From a virus (taxonomy: Duplodnaviria > Caudoviricetes): a stretch of 64,000 nt of DNA. The stretch is from positions 256,001 to 320,000 of IMG/VR virus record IMGVR_UViG_3300013121_000005. The stretch is one strand, 5' to 3'. The stretch's first letter is position 1; every line of letters starts with the position of its first letter. A model generated the notes under the pieces. That model was not told where the DNA came from and did not search any database. It was given only the letters and a program-made list of their open reading frames with translations. This document shows, piece by piece, positions 19,134-27,930 of this stretch. The position numbers were made by a program, and so were the translations under genes.

Positions 19134-19781
19134 CTAAAATCTGGGGACCTCACGGGTAGGTGGTGGGTGCTGTCGCTGGAATTGGATAACCCAAACCCAT
19201 GGGTTATCTGCCCACGTGGAACCCCATAGATCCTTAAAGACATCCAGTGCTTGGTCATCGCACGGACCTTCGTTGCGTTCGTTGATGAAGCACCCCTCCG
19301 CACGGGCATCTTCCTCACTCAGGTCATTTAATCGTTGGATTCTTACATCCAACACCCTAAGTAGGATACGACTTGCCCATCGAGGCATATGAATGCAGGG
19401 ACGCCACCGTCCAGATTTCCCTCTACCATACGCAGACCTTATAAGTGCATCACTTTCTGTATCCGGTAGGGTCCATTCTGAGAGTTTTGACTCGCACTTC
19501 ACCAAGGCGTATCGGTTACGCGCTCGGTACTCGGTGTAGATTCTTGTCCTATTTGTCAGGTAATCTCGCGTATGAGCGGAGACACGCCAGGCTTCTCGCA
19601 CCCAGAGAAGGTCTCCAGGCTTGCCGTAAGGGCATTTGTACCCAGTTGGAGGGACATGTTGTCCATGACCTCCTTCCTCCAGACGCATGACCCTTCGTGT
19701 TTGACTCTTCACCCCTGACAGAAGAGCACGAACCATCCTGTCGTCAGGGAACAGAATCGGGTTGGCAGACATCATCGTCAT
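19134..19781 (-). CDS. ASCH/PUA-like phage protein
   Basis: KSQTRR, CPYGKPGDLLWVRE, WRPCIHMPRWASRI, NPWVWVIQF. Confidence 0.8.
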   Translation of the reverse strand: MTMMSANPILFPDDRMVRALLSGVKSQTRRVMRLEEGGHGQHVPPTGYKCPYGKPGDLLWVREAWRVSAHTRDYLTNRTRIYTEYRARNRYALVKCESKLSEWTLPDTESDALIRSAYGRGKSGRWRPCIHMPRWASRILLRVLDVRIQRLNDLSEEDARAEGCFINERNEGPCDDQALDVFKDLWGSTWADNPWVWVIQFQRQHPPPTREVPRF

Positions 19782-19807
19782 CTCTCTACACCCCCCACGG
19801 ACGAGTA

Positions 19808-20029
19808 TTACAGTAACCCTCTGTAATACTCGTCCCATTGCGCATCCCAATCAGCGTGGTGGGTTTCTGCACACCCCCGACAAAGAGGGATGGGGGCGTT
19901 GGGATCTTCAACATCCCCGTTAAACAAGTCATACCGACTACGGCGAGGAGTACTGTAACTAGTGCGAGAACTTTCAAGACGAATATCATCCTTTTCGTCA
20001 CAGCTCCCACAACAAAGACACTTCAACAT
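19808..20029 (-). CDS. small Zn-finger protein (SRYDLF internal)
   Basis: CLCC..LCRGC; GGTGTA-N8-ATG. Confidence 0.6.
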   Translation of the reverse strand: MLKCLCCGSCDEKDDIRLESSRTSYSTPRRSRYDLFNGDVEDPNAPIPLCRGCAETHHADWDAQWDEYYRGLL

Positions 20030-20067
20030 ACACACATTACACCTAGTTCGGGTGTAATGTGTGTATG
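20027..20067. promoter_or_regulatory. perfect 17-bp inverted repeat carrying two divergent GGTGTA-N8-ATG starts
   Basis: CATACACACATTACACC-tagttcg-GGTGTAATGTGTGTATG. Confidence 0.75.
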
Positions 20068-20336
20068 CGAGTGATCCTGCCAGGAAACCCGAACCGTTTG
20101 CGATGGGGGGGGGGGTTCGACTCTTTTGTGATGGGCAAGGGCTCCACCACAAGGGGGGTTGCGGAGCCTTGTTGGAAATTGAGAGTGGAGACCTGTTTCT
20201 CCAGAGGACGAGTTCTAGCTACAGGTTAGCTGTTGAATGCCCTGACTGTGGAACCCTGACCGCAGTTGAAAGGGTTCCTGCTGCCGTGTTTAAGACTGTG
20301 ATAGCTGTCCGTACGATTCCTTGCACAGACCCATGA
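20065..20336 (+). pseudogene. Zn-ribbon protein frameshifted at a G11 tract (phase-variable or sequencing error)
   Basis: MRVILPGNPNRLRW from ATG 20065 joins VRLFC..GGCGALL..CPDC only if the G tract is 9 or 12 nt. Confidence 0.55.
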
Positions 20337-20471
20337 GATGGGTGGTGTATAGCTTTCTGTTCGAGTCCGTTTTTTATCGAACGGACCCTAAAAATGGCCT
20401 GTACCTATCGAACGAGGGAGCAGGAGCCCTAGCCGTCGGGTAATAGACGGCCTTTCTCTTCAGCTATCGCG

Positions 20472-20804
20472 ATGAAGTCCGTTCAGTACTGGGAACGCAA
20501 GTTGGAAGAAGCTGAAGCTTCCCTAAGGGAAGTCAGTGTAAGGCTCAAACTAAACAACAACACCTCCCTAACAAGAGGGGAGCTGCTGCTTGCGCTTGTC
20601 TCAGCCCCTAAGCCTCACATGGCATCGACTTGCATTGATCGGGTAAAGCAAGACCAAAATTGGAAACATCGGCAAGCCATGTTTTCCGTCTACCTAAGGA
20701 GGTATGCCAAAGTCACTGCCAGAATTGCTTACATCAAGAACCAGCTAGCTGCACGCAGGGTAAGCTTTCGGGCCCATAAACTTCTTTGGGCTCCTCCCGT
20801 TTAG
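20472..20804 (+). CDS. hypothetical protein
   Basis: ATG, helical basic protein. Confidence 0.55.
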   Translation: MKSVQYWERKLEEAEASLREVSVRLKLNNNTSLTRGELLLALVSAPKPHMASTCIDRVKQDQNWKHRQAMFSVYLRRYAKVTARIAYIKNQLAARRVSFRAHKLLWAPPV

Positions 20805-20990
20805 GAAACCACCATGCAATTCAGGTTGAGGATGATGGCTGAAGATGGGACCGTAGTAACGGAGGACGCTGATTTGTGTGTGTCCTCCTCCGCCCCCATT
20901 GAACGAATACTCAACGCAGGTCGAGAGTTCGCCAAAAAGAAGAACTTGGTGTTACTCTCTGCACGTAGGACCAGTCGGTAGGGGGTTGTT

Positions 20991-21323
20991 GTGGGAGAGG
21001 ACTTTGATGACCTCAGGAGGATGCAGGCTCAACTGCATCGCGAGCGTTTCGAGAAATTTCGAGAGGCTTTTGAGTCCGGGACCTTTGACCAGCTCTTCCC
21101 TGGTGCGGATGCTGAAAGTCGAGACCCTAGGGCGGACCAAGTAAAAGAGGTCTTGGGTGAATTACTGACTCTAACCACTGACTCCGATCCAGGGGACGTA
21201 CTTGTTCGAGCCTTGGTTACCTACCAAGCTATTGTGCGGCATGTGAGGAGCGGAGGAACAGTGCAGTTCCAGTCTGAGGGTACAAGTCGTACCCTCAGAG
21301 TCAGAATTCGTGAGGAGAAGTAA
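20991..21323 (+). CDS. hypothetical protein
   Basis: GTG with G-rich SD. Confidence 0.55.
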   Translation: MGEDFDDLRRMQAQLHRERFEKFREAFESGTFDQLFPGADAESRDPRADQVKEVLGELLTLTTDSDPGDVLVRALVTYQAIVRHVRSGGTVQFQSEGTSRTLRVRIREEK

Positions 21324-21328
21324 CTTCT

Positions 21329-21694
21329 ATGCCTTGGGTTTACTTCTGGGCCTCATTTCGTAATGAACCTGAATCCTCGGACCCAGACTTCGCTGTCTAC
21401 GAATGGTTCGACAAGGAGCACTGTCCTGAAATTATGAAGGAGGAGGCCCTTGCTAGGGTCCCAACCTGGCTAAGTGATAGTGAGGACAGGCACTACTACG
21501 GTTGGAAACTCATACCCACACTGCCTACGCATGTACGAGACGCTCTTATCTTGGAGTACCAGCGTAGGTTAGCCTATGCTGACAGAATACTGAAGATTCT
21601 AGGGGCTCCAAGAAAACCCCGCTCCAAGAAGCCCCGCAAACTTACTACCAGATACGAGCTTCTTCAGAGAAGCTCTTTCCGGAGATTTGGGTAG
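21329..21694 (+). CDS. hypothetical protein (TTRYELL near C-terminus)
   Basis: ATG after GGAG. Confidence 0.6.
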   Translation: MPWVYFWASFRNEPESSDPDFAVYEWFDKEHCPEIMKEEALARVPTWLSDSEDRHYYGWKLIPTLPTHVRDALILEYQRRLAYADRILKILGAPRKPRSKKPRKLTTRYELLQRSSFRRFG

Positions 21695-22866
21695 CTAGAT
21701 TCTTTGGGAGGGGGTGCCCATCCGAACTTCCTAGCCAACTTGTAAACTTCCGCCAAAGTTGTGGGTTGGCGGAAGTTTACCTGTTTGCCGGTCAACCTCT
21801 GAAAGGCTTTGTTCGCCTCTAGGGGAGAAAGTGCTCCTACTCGAATGTGTTGGCAAAGCCTTCCTGGTCGTTGAGTAGCGGGGTCCATCTCTAGGGTTTC
21901 GGCATTGGTGGTGGCCAAAATACGTACATCAAGGACAGCGCCAAGGATGCCATCCCCAAGGTTCAGCATAGCGCTGATGGCATCCATATCCCCCTCTTTT
22001 CGATTGACTAGCACTCGGTCCGCATCTTCGATGATCAAGACAATTGGACCATTGAATTCGCTCTTAGCTGCGGTTAGGGCAGGCAGAATTTCCGGCCCAG
22101 ACAAGTCTCCAACAAGATGAGAGGGGACTAGGACGTAAGCCGCTTTAGGTACCTGAGACAGAAGGGCACGCACAAGGTACGTCTTCCCAGACCCAGGCTC
22201 CCCTGAAAGGATAACCAGACGTCCACAGGGACTTTCTGTATTGAGATCCGCAACTACATGGTCATACCCACTAAGGACCTCAGGGTTGTAATTTTCTCGC
22301 TCTAAAGGAGTCCCAGCGACCCCTAGGCGGTTCAAAGAGTACCCTCCCATCCCACGGGCTAGGGTGAATACAACCCCCTTTTGGAAGTCATCCTGGGCAA
22401 CGCAACGGCTAAACAGTTGGTTTGCCTTGCTAAGGAGCCCTGAGTCGTTGGTAGCGACTTGAATAGTTGTGTACCTGCCCTGTTCAGCAAAGTGAACGTA
22501 GACCATCATGACTTCGGACGAGAACAGGAACGTTCCGTTTTGATTCCCTCGATGTTCGACTCGGACAAGTCGACCCCCTAGGACCCGTGGAATTGTCTCC
22601 AGGATAGACTCATGGGGGACTACAAGATTCCCCTCCCATCTGTTGAGCTGAAGAGGAGGCCCCCCTTCTAGCGCTTGCCGAAAGAGTGAAAGTCCAATCC
22701 ACGTAGAGGGAGTAGGATCTTGGTACGCCCCGAAGGAAGGTAAAGTGCCTTTTTCCAGCCAAGTCCCTTCACTTGTTGGGGCAAAGGGGGCAGCAGCAGT
22801 TCGCCACCAAGGAGTGTTAGGGGTTACCTTTTTGGAAGCATCCACCTTCCACTTCGAGTCACTCAT
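21664..22866 (-). CDS. AAA+ ATPase, paralog of 9092..10249
   Basis: GEPGSGKT, IIEDAD, LNLGDGILG, TTN, RPGR. Confidence 0.88.
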   Translation of the reverse strand: MSDSKWKVDASKKVTPNTPWWRTAAAPFAPTSEGTWLEKGTLPSFGAYQDPTPSTWIGLSLFRQALEGGPPLQLNRWEGNLVVPHESILETIPRVLGGRLVRVEHRGNQNGTFLFSSEVMMVYVHFAEQGRYTTIQVATNDSGLLSKANQLFSRCVAQDDFQKGVVFTLARGMGGYSLNRLGVAGTPLERENYNPEVLSGYDHVVADLNTESPCGRLVILSGEPGSGKTYLVRALLSQVPKAAYVLVPSHLVGDLSGPEILPALTAAKSEFNGPIVLIIEDADRVLVNRKEGDMDAISAMLNLGDGILGAVLDVRILATTNAETLEMDPATQRPGRLCQHIRVGALSPLEANKAFQRLTGKQVNFRQPTTLAEVYKLARKFGWAPPPKESSYPNLRKELL

Positions 22867-22909
22867 GCTCCGACTAAGATATCAAAACTTTGTGGGGGGT
22901 GGGAAGCAC

Positions 22910-23263
22910 TTAGATCGGAGGTTCTAGGTCAAACCGAGTGGGGCCCCCTTGGACTACTTCCCATCCCAACTTTGCAAATGTACTCTCTATTTTCTGAATC
23001 GTTTTAGCAGGTTGGTCTACGATTACGGTCTGCCCCTGGAACTTAAACAAACTTACCCGAATAGGGAGCACGAACACCTTCTTCTCGGTAGGTAGCCCTA
23101 CGAATGAAATGTTGCAATTTAACTCTAGGTTTACGCAAGTAACGGCGTGCGCCAAGATATCCGGAGTCCGTTCCACAGAGACTATGAGGTAGGGTTGGGG
23201 CCCTACCTTTACCCTGACCCCCTTGGGGGAATACGCAAGCGGTTGAAAAATACCAGATGCCAT
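22910..23263 (-). CDS. hypothetical protein ending in PTRFDLEPPI
   Basis: GGGGAG SD. Confidence 0.6.
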   Translation of the reverse strand: MASGIFQPLAYSPKGVRVKVGPQPYLIVSVERTPDILAHAVTCVNLELNCNISFVGLPTEKKVFVLPIRVSLFKFQGQTVIVDQPAKTIQKIESTFAKLGWEVVQGGPTRFDLEPPI

Positions 23264-23312
23264 TGTGCTCCCCTAAGGAGTCAAAAAGATTTGATATACA
23301 GCTTAGTACAGC

Positions 23313-23711
23313 ATGGCTCCTCTGACAAACGTCAGGCGGCTTGAAGGACAATCCCCGCGCACAAGGTGCTTTGTCGGAGGGGGGCGCACCGAGCACGTGC
23401 CAGGATGCAGACCGGCGCGTCCGCAATGCCGATGGCGGCGGCGGGCGGCGGGCCTGTGTACGTGCGAGGCGTACCACTATCCACACCGATCTCGGTCGGG
23501 CCGTTGTGGCGATCCATCGCGCATGATCGAATGGGTCGAAGGGCCGCCGGAGGTGCACGCGGCCCGTGCGTGCGAGGCGCACGATCTCTTAGCGATCGGC
23601 GAGGTCCCAGGCGATGCATGGGAACCTAGCGAGGGGGCGTGTGCGGAAGCGCAGGCATACCTAGGTGCACCCACGCCCGATCCATGGAATGCCGCGCCCA
23701 GAACGCTTTAA
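23313..23711 (+). CDS. Cys/His-rich putative Zn-binding protein (GC-rich gene)
   Basis: CTCEAYHYPHRSRSGRC. Confidence 0.55.
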   Translation: MAPLTNVRRLEGQSPRTRCFVGGGRTEHVPGCRPARPQCRWRRRAAGLCTCEAYHYPHRSRSGRCGDPSRMIEWVEGPPEVHAARACEAHDLLAIGEVPGDAWEPSEGACAEAQAYLGAPTPDPWNAAPRTL

Positions 23712-23754
23712 TGCGCAGGTCGTGCGCACCCTCGTCCTCTGAAGCCTTCCTACT

Positions 23755-24180
23755 TTAGTCGTTTGGAACTACTGCGTCCTCAGCTCTGATGCAGGTTTCG
23801 GCCCACTCTGCCTCAGACATGCCACAAATCGTGGGATCGTCTGGCCCCAGAGAAATACGCAGAACATCCAAGTTACCTTCTCTCCCCATGTCGAGGTCGT
23901 CGAGGTACGCTTTGGCCGCGTTCCTAATACGACTAAGGGTAGCCAGCTCGTCTTCCCCCCCAAGCTCCGTCCCCTTTGGGAGGAGAAAGCTTTTCGCTCG
24001 ATACTCAAGGTTGGGTAGGATGTACGTGACCTCGATCAACTCACCAGAGCTGATCAAAGTGTCGATGACTTCCGCTAGATCCTGAGGGGGGTTTTTTAGG
24101 TGGACGGCCACCTCAGTGGCTTTGCACCCCTGCAAAGCCCGAACAACCTCAACAATCTCCGCAGCTACGTCGTTACCCAC
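23755..24180 (-). CDS. hypothetical protein (possible wHTH)
   Basis: AGGAGG SD before GTG. Confidence 0.6.
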   Translation of the reverse strand: MGNDVAAEIVEVVRALQGCKATEVAVHLKNPPQDLAEVIDTLISSGELIEVTYILPNLEYRAKSFLLPKGTELGGEDELATLSRIRNAAKAYLDDLDMGREGNLDVLRISLGPDDPTICGMSEAEWAETCIRAEDAVVPND

Positions 24181-24240
24181 AGGGACCTCCTCCTAAAGCA
24201 CCCCCATTAACGAACTCAAAGGGGCTCTTTCAACTCACAC

Positions 24241-24387
24241 TCATGTCGAAAACAACTCCTTATCAATACGACTGAACCTGGTGGGCTTCTGTAAGCTTTG
24301 AATGAACCTCGCTCGCTCCTCTTCAGTCAAACGAATTACGTCAGATATAGTGTAGGTGAATCTAGGCTGCCTGGGTGGAAACCTCAT
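24241..24387 (-). CDS. 48-aa protein missed by the ORF track (MRFPPRQPRFTYTISDVIRLTEEERARFIQSLQKPTRFSRIDKELFST)
   Basis: ATGA coupling to upstream gene; same C-terminal tag as that gene. Confidence 0.65.
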   Translation of the reverse strand: MRFPPRQPRFTYTISDVIRLTEEERARFIQSLQKPTRFSRIDKELFST

Positions 24388-24422
24388 GGGAACAACTCCT
24401 TATCAACACGACTGAACCTGGT
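24251..24422. repeat. 32-bp direct repeat (24251-24282 and 24391-24422, 1 mismatch)
   Basis: AACAACTCCTTATCAA[T/C]ACGACTGAACCTGGT. Confidence 0.9.
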
Positions 24423-24704
24423 AGGTGTTACAGGATCAATAGTAGCAGGGGACTCCGTGACCCGTACTTTCGAGAACATGTCTTTGACTTGCGGCACTAA
24501 GCTAATCTCAACTGGCAACGGGTCATGTTCAAGGTCATGTTCAAGTTCAACTCCCACCAATTCCCCCCTCCTCCTTAGGAACTGGGCCAACCTACGCTGG
24601 AAGTCTGCGTCTATATTGTGATTTACAAGGTTATTGCGAATTACACGGAGTATGTTTGCTGTAGTTTTCGGCATGGTCAAGCATCCCCACCTGGAGCAAA
24701 CCAA
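24384..24704 (-). CDS. hypothetical protein ending in PTRFSRVDKELFP
   Basis: start probably MPKTTA. Confidence 0.6.
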   Translation of the reverse strand: MVCSRWGCLTMPKTTANILRVIRNNLVNHNIDADFQRRLAQFLRRRGELVGVELEHDLEHDPLPVEISLVPQVKDMFSKVRVTESPATIDPVTPTRFSRVDKELFP

Positions 24705-24916
24705 GTACCTTCTAGGGTAACTGTTGTGTCTTCACGTAGTTTCTGCCAGGCGCGAAGTTCTTGTGCCGTAGCACGCCTATCTGTAGGGAGTTTCGCATCG
24801 GACATGGGTACACATGGTATACCTACTACGAGTGTCCGAAGCATCCCGGGGCTTCGACCCGAATGGCGAAGCTGCATTAGCGCAGGGATGTCAACATTCA
24901 CAAGATGACGTTTCAC
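24677..24916 (-). CDS. hypothetical protein
   Basis: overlap coupling. Confidence 0.45.
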   Translation of the reverse strand: MKRHLVNVDIPALMQLRHSGRSPGMLRTLVVGIPCVPMSDAKLPTDRRATAQELRAWQKLREDTTVTLEGTWFAPGGDA

Positions 24917-25524
24917 AGGTGCTTGGATTTAGTGTGAGTTGCGTAACAGTACGTGCAAACCCTACCGGAGCAGAAAAGACAGGCCCAATCTGAATCCGAC
25001 TTCAAGTGGGTCTTACCCGTTTCATCTTCCACAGACTTGAAAGGAAGCGGAAGATGACAACCTCGACACTTGACCTGGTTTCTCATGCTGTAGGTCAGCT
25101 CATTTCGTGGATGGAGCCAAGTTACCCAGTCGCTATATCCGACACTTCTTGAGCAAGAATCACAACCCCCAGTCTTAGGGTCTGCATGCCTAAACCAGTC
25201 ATTGAAAAGCCCTACGAACCCAAAAAGCAGAGCAAGTTCATAGGCTAGAGCTGGGTTAGGGAATGAGGTACCATTCGCTGAAGGGATGGAAATTGAGAGG
25301 TGTCGAAAAACCTTCCCTTCAAGCTTGGTCCAGGAGAACACACATCGGAAGTCCCCGAAATGGGCTACATAGCCTGGGTTATCCCCAGGAGGTTGTACCT
25401 GAGGCCCAGGGACATAGTAGTTCTTGGGTTGCGAGGCAAATGCTACAATTTCTGAGGCACATTTGCGCTCGGCTTCTCCAATAGATAGTACCCGCCACGG
25501 CCACGATGCAGTATTCTTACTCAT
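24913..25524 (-). CDS. hypothetical; possibly two genes merged by a frameshift (second is a Zn finger starting MRNQVKC)
   Basis: G5 run near 25166-25170; CxxC..CxxC..CxxC..H in the C-terminal part. Confidence 0.5.
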   Translation of the reverse strand: MSKNTASWPWRVLSIGEAERKCASEIVAFASQPKNYYVPGPQVQPPGDNPGYVAHFGDFRCVFSWTKLEGKVFRHLSISIPSANGTSFPNPALAYELALLFGFVGLFNDWFRHADPKTGGCDSCSRSVGYSDWVTWLHPRNELTYSMRNQVKCRGCHLPLPFKSVEDETGKTHLKSDSDWACLFCSGRVCTYCYATHTKSKHL

Positions 25525-26306
25525 TCGTCATCGTTGATGATCCCCTCAGGAAAAACCAACGCCTTTTCCTTAGGTACACCAGGTTGGCGTGTAAGTTGAA
25601 GGGCACCTTGATGACTTACCATGGGCGCTAGTTCTGGGTCTTGGAGAACTCTCAGCAAATCCATGGGCTCTTCATTGATATGGCACTCTCGGGAGACCAA
25701 AACACAGGTCTGGGAGTAATCCACATGGCGCATGTCATGAGCCGTCCCCCGACCTTGGATAAGACGTAGGAACTGGCCCTTTGAGTCTTGAAAGAGAGAC
25801 GCGATGGGCTCGCCTTTAATGCCTTGGAAGCTTGCTCCTTCAAAGTGCCAGCCATAGTTCATTGCCCTACCAGTCTTTACCAAGAGGGCATTGTCTAGAA
25901 CCCAATGCTTTCCGACCGTTGCAATGACCCCATCCGTGTAGTCAACTTTTTGAAGAGCGGTATCGATCTTGGCGGAGTGCTCGACCATTGCTTGGGTAGT
26001 TGCGGTAATTGCCCTGGGGAATGGAGGCAACGTAACTGCCCTCTGAACCCAGAGGAGGTCCGCCAGTTTAGGGGTCAAGAGCACACACCCTAAAAGGTCT
26101 GCAATGACTTGTTCTGTTTCTGCCGAGACATTAACTCGGACACCTTCGATCTTGAGGGCGTCTGCGAACACCCAAAACTCACCTGTGTGGTCTGCATGGG
26201 TAGAGACAATTTTCGCCCAACTCAACTCGTAAGCGCCCTTGCGCACGTAGTCGAGGATTGCTTGTTCTCGTTCTTGGTTACCGTTTGGGGGAAGGTCGAA
26301 ACTCAT
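25521..26306 (-). CDS. hypothetical protein
   Basis: 261-aa globular ORF, ATG 26306. Confidence 0.7.
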   Translation of the reverse strand: MSFDLPPNGNQEREQAILDYVRKGAYELSWAKIVSTHADHTGEFWVFADALKIEGVRVNVSAETEQVIADLLGCVLLTPKLADLLWVQRAVTLPPFPRAITATTQAMVEHSAKIDTALQKVDYTDGVIATVGKHWVLDNALLVKTGRAMNYGWHFEGASFQGIKGEPIASLFQDSKGQFLRLIQGRGTAHDMRHVDYSQTCVLVSRECHINEEPMDLLRVLQDPELAPMVSHQGALQLTRQPGVPKEKALVFPEGIINDDE

Positions 26307-26344
26307 ACCCAAGGAAGCGCACAATCCGAAAACCGCAGAGCGGT

Positions 26345-26638
26345 TCAGTCGTCATAGTCCCCCTCATACCCATCTTCCCCCAAGTCGTCTTCGTCTTCCT
26401 CGTCTTCCTCTTCCTGGGCTTCAGGTTCCAGGTCCTCAAGGTGTTCTTCGAGCGACTCTCGGAATTTGTCTACAAGGTCGTCCACCGTGAGGGCTTCCGA
26501 AGCAAGCATCCTTTCGATCTCGCCCCCAGGTAGGTGGTCATCCTCTTCTCGGTCGTGGATCAAGAACTTGGCCACAAGATCGTCAATGGCCTCAAATACG
26601 GTTTGCTTGGTTACACGAACTTTCTTTTTCAGCGGCAT
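26345..26638 (-). CDS. small very acidic phage protein
   Basis: HDREEDDHLP motif, D/E tail. Confidence 0.65.
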   Translation of the reverse strand: MPLKKKVRVTKQTVFEAIDDLVAKFLIHDREEDDHLPGGEIERMLASEALTVDDLVDKFRESLEEHLEDLEPEAQEEEDEEDEDDLGEDGYEGDYDD

Positions 26639-26817
26639 GCAGAGGGCTCTTGCTACCAAGAGATTAACAAAAAGGGACGACCCTAACAGCAGAGCCCGAG
26701 GGGGGAGGGGGCTTTTGCTAGGGTCGTCCGGAACTGAAGTGTGGAGTCGAACCACCCACTGCCACCGTTAGGCTACCTCAGTCTATTCTCTGTACACCAG
26801 AACTTGGGAATCCTCTT

Positions 26818-27105
26818 GTGAAATTTCAAACAAGAGGTACCCTTGCCCTGACCATCGGCAAAGGCGCCCTGTCCCCCGCCGTAGGGGCAGGCTTCATCAC
26901 CCACGAGCTGGGCCATGGAGTCGAGGAAGCTGAGCATGTGAAGGGCGCACCTTGGGGCCAGCCGCCTTTCGTCTCCGACTACGCCGAATCAAAGCCTGAC
27001 ATCGAGGACTTCGCCGAGTCCTTCCGGGTCTACATCGAGAAACCCGCAGAACTCAAGCGGGTTTCCTTGGGGAAGTTCGAGGCAATGAAGAAGATCGTCG
27101 GCTGA
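26818..27105 (+). CDS. minimal or truncated zincin domain
   Basis: HELGH, SDYAESKPDIEDFAESF; no convincing start. Confidence 0.55.
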   Translation: MKFQTRGTLALTIGKGALSPAVGAGFITHELGHGVEEAEHVKGAPWGQPPFVSDYAESKPDIEDFAESFRVYIEKPAELKRVSLGKFEAMKKIVG

Positions 27106-27112
27106 AGATACA

Positions 27113-27400
27113 TTAGCCGACAAGTCTCTTGACAATAGCGGCATGCTCAGGCGACTCCCCATCCAGAGGTAGATTGTCCTTCAAGAAGGCTCTATGGACC
27201 GCCCGACGTTTGTCAGAGGAAGTGGCTCGCATCTCATATTTGTAAGCGAGGTTCCAGAAGTAGGCGATGCCCATGTAGTCTGGGGTACCCACAAAGGTCT
27301 CATCCAGGTCCCTGACTTTCTGGCTCGCCTTGAAGGAGATGTTTTCGTACCACTGGTCGAAGGTCTCCGCCGCAGTTTTGCGTTCGTAATTGTAGCCCAT
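27113..27400 (-). CDS. small protein with MGYNYERKTA leader
   Basis: ATG; GATTTGAT 14 nt upstream. Confidence 0.65.
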   Translation of the reverse strand: MGYNYERKTAAETFDQWYENISFKASQKVRDLDETFVGTPDYMGIAYFWNLAYKYEMRATSSDKRRAVHRAFLKDNLPLDGESPEHAAIVKRLVG

Positions 27401-27447
27401 GCTGTAAGCTGTGTATCAAATCTTTTTGACCCTAACCCACAGACAGG

Positions 27448-27849
27448 TCATCGCTTTCGAGGAGGAGCTGTCTTAACCCCCACCCCCTTAGGCTTAGCCA
27501 CCCCCTTAGGCTTAGCCCCCACCTTAGGCTTAGCTGGCTCTTCAGCAGGGCTCTTCGAGGGAGCCATCAGGGGAATGCGGGGCCTTTTTCGAGCTTCTTG
27601 CACTGGGTCAGGACGACCCCCTAGGTCAGGACGACCACTACTACCCTCTAGAAGGTCTTTACCTTTTCGCGGGGCCTTCCGTTTACGGCTGTTAAGAAGG
27701 GCGTGTATGAGGTTGGCGAGAGTTAGGATGTCGAGGGTGATAGGTATCCGCTGTTGTACCTTGGTGGCCACATTTATTAAACTTTGCAGCTCCTTTACCA
27801 CTGCACTAAGCTCATTTTCACTATCATCTAGGGGCGAGTAAGAACTCAT
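27448..27849 (-). CDS. basic K/P-rich protein
   Basis: AGGAG SD; AKPKGV repeats. Confidence 0.55.
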   Translation of the reverse strand: MSSYSPLDDSENELSAVVKELQSLINVATKVQQRIPITLDILTLANLIHALLNSRKRKAPRKGKDLLEGSSGRPDLGGRPDPVQEARKRPRIPLMAPSKSPAEEPAKPKVGAKPKGVAKPKGVGVKTAPPRKR

Positions 27850-27930
27850 CAGACGACATCTCCTTTTCTTCTTGTACACCGATTCATTCGACTCGTTCGA
27901 GGTCACCCGGGGGTAGACGTGGAAATCGTT

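Noticed and set aside
20105-20390. tRNA-like GTTCGA motifs (about 20115 and 20359)
   Set aside because: No acceptor, D or anticodon arms can be folded around them.
24251-24422. Diversity-generating retroelement TR/VR pair
   Set aside because: The repeat is too short, has one mismatch, and there is no reverse transcriptase in the window.
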